From the IMG/VR virus record IMGVR_UViG_3300020258_000006, positions 1 through 56,474 of that record: DNA of 56,474 nt; one strand, written 5' to 3'. Position numbers and translations under genes: made by a program. Position 1 is the stretch's first letter, and each line of letters starts with the position of its first letter. This document shows, piece by piece, positions 47,918 through 56,372 of the stretch. Source of the DNA: a virus (lineage: Duplodnaviria; Caudoviricetes). A model generated the notes under the pieces. The model was not told the origin of the DNA. It saw only the letters and a list, made by a program, of their open reading frames with translations, and searched no databases.

Positions 47918-49768
47918 TTACGGAAATTCCTCTGTCATATACCTTCCGTAAAAAGTGTGTCCTTCATCATCTATTAACGGAGCTAAAAGTGGCGATTTGT
48001 CATGCCATGAAGATCCTCCAACTCCGGGTTTTTTATAATATAATATATGTGAAGGTAATCTGTATTGTTCTAAATCAGGCTCTGTGTCCAAAGTATTTAT
48101 TGCGGCTGTGTAAGTTTTTTCTAAAGCGTCTGGAGCTTTTCCTGATAAAATTTCTGATATTCTTGCTTGTAAAATACTAGGTTCTAGACCATCAAATGCA
48201 ACCATTTTACTGCCCTTTCCCCTATTAGTTCTTTGTAACAAAACATCTTTAATTGATTTTAAGTTTTTAAATTCAAATTGTTGATCATTAACTCTATTAA
48301 GTATTACATCACCAATTTTTTGCATAGTTGTTAAAGATGCTTTTGATGCAACAGTTTCAGTTAAAAAAGCTAAAGACAAAGCTTCTTCATCTGATAGGCT
48401 TAATATAAAATTATCTCGTTCTGATCTATTTCTTTTCTTTTTATTAAAATCTTTTAATTTAGACATAAAGTCATCAGAAGGAATTTCGTAACCTATATCA
48501 ACTTCATTTCCTTGTACTTCATCTCCTTGGTTATATCCGTTCATAAACCCTTTATTTAACGCAGTAACAGTGGGTTTACCTTGATCATTTATTTTTTTTA
48601 AAAACTCCATGCCCCCCATAGCATTTACATGTTCTGGTGGTATGTACATTTCTCCTTTAGATATTTTTATGGGTACTTCTCCACCCATAGCTAAACTAGG
48701 AGACTTGCTTTGTTTTTTTGCCTTATTGTACATGGCATTTAATTTTTTTTCTCCAAATTTTTGAACAGCAGGTGCATTTATAACAAAACCACCTTCTCTA
48801 GCTTCAAAGTTAACATCATCAGCTATTGTTTTTTGAGGAGAATATTGACTAGGAGGACCTCCTATAAAACCCCCATCATTAAATCCAAACTCACCAGTAA
48901 ATCCTTCTGCTCCCTCTTTAGTTTTTTGTTTTTCTTGTCTAAGCGTATCAAAACTTTGACCAGAACTAACTTTACCAGTTTTTTCTGTTTCTTTTACATA
49001 TTGATCTGAAGTTTTTATTTTTGTAGATGTATCTAATAATCTATTTTTTAAGTTAGTAGATAAATTAGATTCATTTATAGATTTTGTAAATTCTTTATCA
49101 AAACCTGCATCCCCCATGCCAAACTTTGTATATTGACTACCTAAAAATCCTGAACCTTTTCCTTGTTGAGATAACTGTAATAAATCATTTATAATGTTTC
49201 TTCTTTGATCTTCAGGATAAACACCAGTTAATTGATATCCTAAAAATCCTTTACTTAAACCTATAGGTCTACCATCATACATTCCTATGGCAAATCCTTC
49301 ATCGCCTAATGCTGCTCTTGCAGATATAGTTTCTAAATGTGCTTTTGTCAAACCACTTAAAAGTTTTGCAGGTCCTGCTAAAGGCCCTAACATTAAATCT
49401 GCTACACCTAAAGTTCCTTGCATTTGTTTACCAGTAGCTATAGAATAACTACTTCCTGTTACTGAAGGAGAAGTAGATATATTTTTCATCCTATTAATAA
49501 AAGAACCACCATCAGTTGCATCAATCTTTTCATATGGACTTTTATTATCACTACTACCACCAGTTACTTGAGATACCTCTCCAGTTCTAGGTACACTAGG
49601 TGTAGTTAAATTAAATGGATTAGATGTTCTAAGAGTTCTAAAGGTTCTATTTATACCTTTATTTAACCTTTGTAAAAATTTAGGCATAGGTCTACTAGTA
49701 TCTAAAACATACCCTTTGTTTTTATCAAAAGTATAGTTATCAGTTATAAATGTTCGCCATTCACTCAT
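47918..49768 (-). CDS. Putative virion protein with C-terminal SleB/Hydrolase_2-like cell-wall hydrolase domain
   Basis: ALSLAFLTE...IGDVILNRV...SIKDVL...GHTFY; GGFIGGP...DDV...EGGFVINA module. Confidence 0.55.
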   Translation of the reverse strand: MSEWRTFITDNYTFDKNKGYVLDTSRPMPKFLQRLNKGINRTFRTLRTSNPFNLTTPSVPRTGEVSQVTGGSSDNKSPYEKIDATDGGSFINRMKNISTSPSVTGSSYSIATGKQMQGTLGVADLMLGPLAGPAKLLSGLTKAHLETISARAALGDEGFAIGMYDGRPIGLSKGFLGYQLTGVYPEDQRRNIINDLLQLSQQGKGSGFLGSQYTKFGMGDAGFDKEFTKSINESNLSTNLKNRLLDTSTKIKTSDQYVKETEKTGKVSSGQSFDTLRQEKQKTKEGAEGFTGEFGFNDGGFIGGPPSQYSPQKTIADDVNFEAREGGFVINAPAVQKFGEKKLNAMYNKAKKQSKSPSLAMGGEVPIKISKGEMYIPPEHVNAMGGMEFLKKINDQGKPTVTALNKGFMNGYNQGDEVQGNEVDIGYEIPSDDFMSKLKDFNKKKRNRSERDNFILSLSDEEALSLAFLTETVASKASLTTMQKIGDVILNRVNDQQFEFKNLKSIKDVLLQRTNRGKGSKMVAFDGLEPSILQARISEILSGKAPDALEKTYTAAINTLDTEPDLEQYRLPSHILYYKKPGVGGSSWHDKSPLLAPLIDDEGHTFYGRYMTEEFP

Positions 49769-49997
49769 TATTTTGTTTTACTTTCATAGCTGCATAGTAA
49801 TCTAATTTTAAACCTTTAATCATTTCCAGTGAAGCCACTTTCCCCTGCAGACGGTACAGGTCCTGTGCCGATTGTGCCACCACCAGCCCCTTGAGGGCTA
49901 TTTTGATTTGCTCCTCTAGGAACTCCTCCAGAGCGATCCACGCTTTCTCGTTGGTTACTATTGGGCTGACCTTGCTGGCTTGTTTCTTGTTGAGCAT
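49761..49997 (-). CDS. Conserved small protein downstream of the portal (overlaps the portal 3' end)
   Basis: AAGG before ATG; DLYRLQGKVASL motif. Confidence 0.65.
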   Translation of the reverse strand: MLNKKQASKVSPIVTNEKAWIALEEFLEEQIKIALKGLVVAQSAQDLYRLQGKVASLEMIKGLKLDYYAAMKVKQNNE

Positions 49998-51930
49998 CTT
50001 GTAGTCCTTTTAACATTTGTGCAAAAATTTGTGCTTCGTTTACATCATTAACTAGACTATCAGGATCTATATCTTGAGATATAGCTAACTCTCTAATTAA
50101 GTTAGGTATTTTTATAAACGGTGCTAGCATTGGATTTCCTACAGTTTGTAATAATGCTGTAAGACGTTGACTTCTTACTTCTTTTTGCATTACTGCAGAA
50201 ACACCTCTAGGTTTTATTTCTAAGTCTCCTTGTATATCAGGAGCTTGTTCATTAAATTGCATGTTCCATTGAAACATAGCTTCACCCAAAGGTTTTAACA
50301 GGTGGTCATCAATATTTTTTATAACTGTTTTAAGTGATAAAGATGCACCCCCTAACAACATAGATAATCCAGAAGCTGTTCTTCCTGTTCCAGATACTCC
50401 AGTTTGTCCGTGCATAATTGATGGCAACCCTGTTTCTTCGTCTGCTAACTGACGACTTATTTGATACATTTGTAAATTTTCTGGTGCAGTATTAGGAAAC
50501 TTTAAACCATTTATAGCTGTTCCTGTTACACCTGACTGTCTTCTAAATATCTTTCCGGGAAAGATGTCCATGTTTTGTCCCGGAACTAAACTTGCTTCAT
50601 CTACATCAAATACTAAATTTCCTGCTAATGTCAAGTTATCTATAGCCATTCTTACATGACCATTCATTAACATTTGAGCATCTTCCATATTTTCTGCAAC
50701 ACCTACACCCCACAATTGATAAGGATTGATTTCGTATGGTATTACTTGATATGGTATTCTAGATGGTGTAAAAGGATTTAATACACATCTTAGTATGTGC
50801 ATACCTGATACCCATATATTAACCTGCACTTGGTCTAATTCACTAAGATCTTCAGGTATTTCCATACCCACTTCTCTAGCTAACTTAGCGTCTAATACAC
50901 CCCAATATTCTAATACTTCATATCTATTTTCTTCGTATGTTGTTTGGTTTTCTTCTCTACGTATAGTGTCTTCATAATATTTATTATTATAATTAGGACC
51001 CATAGCTATACAATCTTCTATAGCTTCTTTGTAGAAATGAGGTATACTGATTAAACCTCTCATTTGTTGTTTGTTTAATCTATGACGTTGAATAACATAT
51101 TCGCAGTCATCCATGCTTGTTGCATTAGGATCAGGATGAAAATCCCATATAGAAACATGTTCAAGTCTAGGCACAGTCTTTTCATATGGAACATAATTTC
51201 TTTGACCGTTTTCTCCACGTTCCCATTTATGTATTCTTTTATGAAAGTTAAAAGGACCTTTTACAATTCCAGTTCCTAATAGTGCGGCCTCAAATATTGC
51301 ATTTCTTAATACATTAACTGCACTAGTATCTAAAAGCTGATCATGTATGTATTTCTCTAATTTAAGAGCTGCCTTTTGTGCAGGACTAATTTGTGGTTCT
51401 CCTGCTTTAGCAGGTCCTTCTGCTATAGGTGCATTTGCAAACTGATCTTCCAAACCACCTAATATATCCATAGATGGAGATGCTTCCATAGCACCGGGAG
51501 CTATATTTCTGCCATCGCCTTGAAAACCATATGGGTCTTGTTTTGGTGGTTGTACGACTTGATCTATAGGTGTCTGTAAATGTGCAAACTCTGCTATACC
51601 TTCTGGTATAGGAGTAGGCTCAACAACTATAGGAAATTTTTTATTAGAAAATAATATGTCAACTATTTGACCGTATGCTGCTAGAACTTTAGTTTTAGTT
51701 ATCTTGATAAATACTTTAGAACGTTCAGAATCACGGTATACAGTAGTGCTGTCGTATATACCCCTAAAGTTTTTATACGCTTGTAGCCAATCCTTTTCAT
51801 GGGATAGCCTATTGTGTTCTGCTTCCTCTAGCTTGTTTTTAATATACCCAATAAGTCCGGGCATACTTTCACTAGGTTCTACGACAGGTACAACTGTATC
51901 GTCTGCAGGTTCTAAAAAATTATCAGACAT
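49816..51930 (-). CDS. Portal protein
   Basis: WLQAYKNFRG, SKVFIKITKTKV, LGTGIVKGP, WGVGV, GRTASGLSML. Confidence 0.9.
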   Translation of the reverse strand: MSDNFLEPADDTVVPVVEPSESMPGLIGYIKNKLEEAEHNRLSHEKDWLQAYKNFRGIYDSTTVYRDSERSKVFIKITKTKVLAAYGQIVDILFSNKKFPIVVEPTPIPEGIAEFAHLQTPIDQVVQPPKQDPYGFQGDGRNIAPGAMEASPSMDILGGLEDQFANAPIAEGPAKAGEPQISPAQKAALKLEKYIHDQLLDTSAVNVLRNAIFEAALLGTGIVKGPFNFHKRIHKWERGENGQRNYVPYEKTVPRLEHVSIWDFHPDPNATSMDDCEYVIQRHRLNKQQMRGLISIPHFYKEAIEDCIAMGPNYNNKYYEDTIRREENQTTYEENRYEVLEYWGVLDAKLAREVGMEIPEDLSELDQVQVNIWVSGMHILRCVLNPFTPSRIPYQVIPYEINPYQLWGVGVAENMEDAQMLMNGHVRMAIDNLTLAGNLVFDVDEASLVPGQNMDIFPGKIFRRQSGVTGTAINGLKFPNTAPENLQMYQISRQLADEETGLPSIMHGQTGVSGTGRTASGLSMLLGGASLSLKTVIKNIDDHLLKPLGEAMFQWNMQFNEQAPDIQGDLEIKPRGVSAVMQKEVRSQRLTALLQTVGNPMLAPFIKIPNLIRELAISQDIDPDSLVNDVNEAQIFAQMLKGLQDAQQETSQQGQPNSNQRESVDRSGGVPRGANQNSPQGAGGGTIGTGPVPSAGESGFTGND

Positions 51931-51940
51931 AACCTACTTT

Positions 51941-52159
51941 CTAGTAGTCTTTTTCGTTAGCCATTGCAAACAAAGAATTGTCTACAGTAGTTTTAGTTTG
52001 CTTTTTAGGCATATCTACTGTAAGCACATCTCTAGATGCTCTAGTATCAAACTCAAGTGGTTCTCTAGTTAAAACATTAGAACCCATAGCATCATCAACT
52101 GATGTTTTATCTGAGTTCATAATGTAAGAAGCACCATAATTATAATTGTTACCGGGCAT
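51941..52159 (-). CDS. Small hypothetical protein
   Basis: AGGAG SD; between the recombinase-like gene and the portal. Confidence 0.65.
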   Translation of the reverse strand: MPGNNYNYGASYIMNSDKTSVDDAMGSNVLTREPLEFDTRASRDVLTVDMPKKQTKTTVDNSLFAMANEKDY

Positions 52160-52169
52160 TGTACTCTCC

Positions 52170-54131
52170 TTATTTATTAAAATTTAAAAAATTATCTTGG
52201 GGAAAATCCCTAACTGTTGTTCTATCGTCTTCGCTGTACACAAATTCGTCAGCATCGTCACTTCCTCTTTCAGGCTGTTCACCTATAGGTTTAGCAAAGT
52301 TTTCATCAGGGTATAGCGATTGATTAGGGGATATTTTTGAAATCCCAAATGCTATAGGTACGGCTTCTGCTACTGTCGATAAAAATCTTCCACGAGGATC
52401 TAACTTAAGAGCGGCTTGACCTGCTTTTTTTATACCTTGAATTATACCTTCATCTTTTGCTATATCAAATGCTGTTTGTCCAACACTTTCAATATCACCT
52501 TCGCCTTGAAATACTGCCGCTAAACCTGCTCCTGCTCTACCTGCTGCACCAAACTTAGAAGCTCCTCTAGCTAATGTTGTTTGCATATCTCCAAACATGT
52601 CACCAGAAGAATCTGCAATTGTTGCAGTTCCGTCAGGAGATGGTTCTCCAAATATTAATTCTGTAGGAGATTCGTCTAAAGCACGAAACTCATCTACATT
52701 TTCGTTTCCTGTAGGAATACCTAAACTAGCAAATACTTTATCTCCAAGATCTAACAATTTATTTTCTTTTGCTACTTTTACTGCGTTTTGTGATTCTAGT
52801 CTAGCTTGGGCAGCTTCTTTTGATTTTTTTCCTAATTCTATATCTAAATTAGCTTGTTGTAACTCTAACTCTTTTACAGAAACAGCTTGAGATTTTTGTG
52901 CTAAATCATCACTAACTACATTAATTTTAGTTGATATAAATTCATCGCCTAATTGTAAATTAGGATATTTTTTTTCTAATTGTTCTTGTATAAACCACGG
53001 AGTTGCTTTAAATGTTTCGGCTGTAGCATTATATTTTTTTGTTCTATTGCTAAGATTTTTTATACCTATATTGGCTAAATACTGTGCAATAGAAGTTTGA
53101 CCATTTAAAAGAGAATGTATAGATAATCTTTTTACGTGTGCTGATTCTAACCTACCCATATTACCAGTAGCAATATATCCTCTAACAGTAGTAGGGTTTC
53201 CTCTTAAAGTTAAAAAATCTCTTTCAGGAGAATTTTCTAGTATTCCCATAGCACTTAAATGAGTTTCAGACATTTTTCTTAAATCTTCTAAAGTAAAATC
53301 TCCTCCTTTTTCTATACCTTTGACAGTATACCCAGTAGGTATTTTTGCATTTTTTAGAGCTTGATTTGCTATTTTTTGTGACGCAGCTAAATTTTTAAAT
53401 ACTAAACCGTCTGTTCTACCCCCAGAAAATTCTTTTATAATATCTAATATATCAGGAGTAAAAATACCTGCTTTATATACAGGTTCTTGATTTCCTTTTG
53501 TGGCACTTATTATTGCATCTTTTATGAGTAACTCAGAAACAAATCCTGTATTAAAATCTATTTTTTCTAATTTTAAATTTTTTAAATCAGAAGCTCTATA
53601 TCCCCCTACAAGAATCATAAGAGTAAGATACCCTGCTTCTCTTTGTTTTACATCTTTACTGTTTATTAAACCAGATGCTACCTTTGCAATTTTTTGGTAA
53701 GGAGTAGTATCCTTATACGGAATAGGAATTTTTCTTATAGCTTCTCTTGATTGTGGAAAAGTTGCTACTCTTTTTGCTTCTCCAACAACATCATCTAAAA
53801 GAAGTCGAACAGGATTATTATTTCCTTTTGCTACATACCCTGCTTCATTAAATACTTTTTTAAATGACTGAAGTATTTTATTTGCGTCTTCAGATCCATC
53901 ATTAATAATTGCATTTGCAAATTTTGCTTTTGCTTCTTTATTATTATTTATATCGCCTAACGTTAATTCAGATAAACCTAATTCACCTAATTTTTTACCT
54001 ACAGCCTGTCTATTGCTAAAAGTATTAGCGTTTACCACAAGATTGATTAGGGGAGTTTTATCTAAGAAATCTTTTCTTAACTCACCAGAGTCTGCTATTA
54101 ATTTTTCAAAATTTTCATTAAAAAAAGCCAT
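52170..54131 (-). CDS. Tyrosine-recombinase-fold protein with long C-terminal extension
   Basis: Box I LMILVGGYRASDLKNLKLEKIDF; box II FTLEDLRKMSETHL...LRGNPTTVRGY; TAATG-coupled to TerL. Confidence 0.65.
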   Translation of the reverse strand: MAFFNENFEKLIADSGELRKDFLDKTPLINLVVNANTFSNRQAVGKKLGELGLSELTLGDINNNKEAKAKFANAIINDGSEDANKILQSFKKVFNEAGYVAKGNNNPVRLLLDDVVGEAKRVATFPQSREAIRKIPIPYKDTTPYQKIAKVASGLINSKDVKQREAGYLTLMILVGGYRASDLKNLKLEKIDFNTGFVSELLIKDAIISATKGNQEPVYKAGIFTPDILDIIKEFSGGRTDGLVFKNLAASQKIANQALKNAKIPTGYTVKGIEKGGDFTLEDLRKMSETHLSAMGILENSPERDFLTLRGNPTTVRGYIATGNMGRLESAHVKRLSIHSLLNGQTSIAQYLANIGIKNLSNRTKKYNATAETFKATPWFIQEQLEKKYPNLQLGDEFISTKINVVSDDLAQKSQAVSVKELELQQANLDIELGKKSKEAAQARLESQNAVKVAKENKLLDLGDKVFASLGIPTGNENVDEFRALDESPTELIFGEPSPDGTATIADSSGDMFGDMQTTLARGASKFGAAGRAGAGLAAVFQGEGDIESVGQTAFDIAKDEGIIQGIKKAGQAALKLDPRGRFLSTVAEAVPIAFGISKISPNQSLYPDENFAKPIGEQPERGSDDADEFVYSEDDRTTVRDFPQDNFLNFNK

Positions 54132-55801
54132 TAGTAACCAAAGACCTCATCTTGAACTTTAAATACTTGATTTTTAATATGACCTAAGGTTTGATGTATA
54201 GATGCATATCCTGTTACTCTACACATAAGCATATAACGCAAAGCATCATAGGCATGATCTTCAGCTTTTGTATCTACATCTTCACTATTGGTTTTAGACA
54301 AAGGTATCCCTGCCATTTGCTTAACTAAGTTGCTGCACGTAGAAAATATACGAACTCTAGGTTCTTCTGTACGAGGATCGTCAGCGAGTCTACTATGCAC
54401 TTCCATTTTACCTTGCATCCTATTTCTATCAGCAGGAGTCCATCTAACTCCTGTCCTCATCATTGTTTCTGCTATAGAAGGTCCAAAGCCTGTTTTGTTC
54501 CAACAGGAAGAATCTAGGACAGTGTAATGAGGTGTAGGATCTAATTGTTCTACTTCTAGTATTTTATCAGCTAATTGCTCTCCAGTCAAGTGTTTTACGT
54601 AAAGTTCTCTATAAACCCAGATATTATTATCCCAATCTATAGCACCCCATAAAACACAAGATGGACTAGCGTATCCATAATCAGCTGCACGTATTCTGGG
54701 CCAGTTAGTCGGCATATCAAAAGGCTCGACTACATGCTTAGTACGTGAAAACTCTGGGAAGGCGGCTCCCTCTGCCACATCCCAATCCCCTTCTAGAAGT
54801 CTCTTTCGTTCAACTTCTGGGAGCGATCTCAACATTGCTTCATATTGACCATCAGCCATGAGATAGGGATTATCGGTCAACCGTGCAGGAATAAACTTAC
54901 GAAAGAACAACGGTTGCCTTGCTTTTTCATGCCCATCGGGCCATAGTAAAGGTGTTCCTGTATCTATGTCACACGCTGGGAAAGCCGTAAAGGGTTCAGA
55001 AGGTTCTATGTACATCTTCTTGACCCACCATCCACCAACGCCACCGGGGTTGGCAGTACATCTCATATATAAATTGTCTTGTAGCTCTTTATCTGTCGAT
55101 CTTAATCTAGAACGGAGATAATCCCACACATACGATGTAGGATACTGTGTTATTTCATCTATACCTATCCAATTAAAAGACTGACCTTGAAATCTTGTTA
55201 CGTCTTTGTCTTTATCTAGGTATGTAAACCATATTGTTGCTCCTGATGGGAACACCCAAGTTGATTTTGACTCCCTAAATTTTGCACCGGGAAATGCTTT
55301 TGTATATAATTGTCTTGACTTATCTATAAGTTCTGTTAATTCGTCTAATGTTCTTCTTAGGAGAAGACCTCTATGATTAGGATTATGGCAATACCGAAGA
55401 GGATCAGCAAGTAAGCTAAAGCTCTTCCCACCTCCTGCTGCACCCCCATATAATACATCACGTTCTGGAGACGATAAAAAGTCTTCTTGAGGACCTGCGT
55501 TAGGCTTAAAAACAATTTCGCGACCATCAACAAGTTTTTGTACAGAATTAGGTAGATTTTGTAAATCACCCTCATCAACTGTAGCTGAATCGTTGCCTTG
55601 TAAAGCTTTTTCAATTTTAATTGCACTATTCTTAATAGTTTCTGCATATTTTCTCCTATTTCCTGCTTTTATGGCTAGTTTATTAGCTTTTTTGTTAGCT
55701 TCACGTAGTCTTTTTTGTGTTTCTCTACGTGCTTTTTGAAATACGGATAGATTATAATTCGCTTTAGGTGCGTTAGGATCTTTTTTTGGTCTTCCTGCCA
55801 T
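54131..55801 (-). CDS. terL: Terminase large subunit
   Basis: YGGAAGGGKS, IGIDE, CTANPGG, ADYG, DHAYDALRY. Confidence 0.95.
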   Translation of the reverse strand: MAGRPKKDPNAPKANYNLSVFQKARRETQKRLREANKKANKLAIKAGNRRKYAETIKNSAIKIEKALQGNDSATVDEGDLQNLPNSVQKLVDGREIVFKPNAGPQEDFLSSPERDVLYGGAAGGGKSFSLLADPLRYCHNPNHRGLLLRRTLDELTELIDKSRQLYTKAFPGAKFRESKSTWVFPSGATIWFTYLDKDKDVTRFQGQSFNWIGIDEITQYPTSYVWDYLRSRLRSTDKELQDNLYMRCTANPGGVGGWWVKKMYIEPSEPFTAFPACDIDTGTPLLWPDGHEKARQPLFFRKFIPARLTDNPYLMADGQYEAMLRSLPEVERKRLLEGDWDVAEGAAFPEFSRTKHVVEPFDMPTNWPRIRAADYGYASPSCVLWGAIDWDNNIWVYRELYVKHLTGEQLADKILEVEQLDPTPHYTVLDSSCWNKTGFGPSIAETMMRTGVRWTPADRNRMQGKMEVHSRLADDPRTEEPRVRIFSTCSNLVKQMAGIPLSKTNSEDVDTKAEDHAYDALRYMLMCRVTGYASIHQTLGHIKNQVFKVQDEVFGY

Positions 55802-55806
55802 GCATT

Positions 55807-56205
55807 TTACGTTGTTTGTCGTTTAGGGGGCAGTAAAACTACCCCATGAATTGCCTGTACATTATGATTCATAGTCTCCTGACGACCTAAACCAACTCTA
55901 TTGAGTAGAGTTTCTGCAGCTTTTAAGCGTAGTTCGTCTCCCCTCTCTGGTGTAGGGTTGTCTATTGTCCTGATTACCTGATTTGCAGCCTTCAATGCTC
56001 CCATAGATAGTAGAGATTTGGTCTTTTCTACAATTTCTTCTGCTAATGATACCTTGAGCCATCCTACAGATCCTTGAGAGTATCCTGCCTGTAATGCAGC
56101 ATCAGTTATGTTGCCACCATTTTTAAACAAGTGGTCTAAAAAAGACTCTTGTTGAGGTGTCAATTCTCTTTTACTCTGTCTATTTGGTAATAAATTTAAT
56201 GACAT
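55807..56205 (-). CDS. terS: Terminase small subunit
   Basis: LTPQQESFL...GNITDAALQAGYS HTH; upstream of terL; start moved to ATG 56205. Confidence 0.8.
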   Translation of the reverse strand: MSLNLLPNRQSKRELTPQQESFLDHLFKNGGNITDAALQAGYSQGSVGWLKVSLAEEIVEKTKSLLSMGALKAANQVIRTIDNPTPERGDELRLKAAETLLNRVGLGRQETMNHNVQAIHGVVLLPPKRQTT

Positions 56206-56211
56206 ACTATT

Positions 56212-56240
56212 ATAATAGGAATCGACACCCATTTAGTCAA
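56212..56240 (-). promoter_or_regulatory. Sigma70-like promoter of the late operon (leaderless terS)
   Basis: TTGACT-17nt-TATTAT, ATG 6 nt downstream. Confidence 0.65.
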
Positions 56241-56260
56241 TAAAAAAAAATTTATAGCCA

Positions 56261-56289
56261 TTGACAAATGAGAAATTTACTATCATACT
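56261..56289 (+). promoter_or_regulatory. Divergent sigma70-like promoter with no ORF downstream
   Basis: TTGACA-17nt-CATACT. Confidence 0.55.
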
Positions 56290-56294
56290 AAGGT

Positions 56295-56372
56295 ATCACC
56301 TGCCGGGGTATACATACATGTATACCTTACGACACTGCTGGGAGAACCATTCGTGTTCTACCCCCATTTTTC
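56295..56372 (+). ncRNA. Candidate small RNA or structured DNA site
   Basis: Hairpin GGTATACA-TACA-TGTATACC; hairpin GGGAGAAC...GTTCTACCC followed by a T-tract; promoter upstream. Confidence 0.35.
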
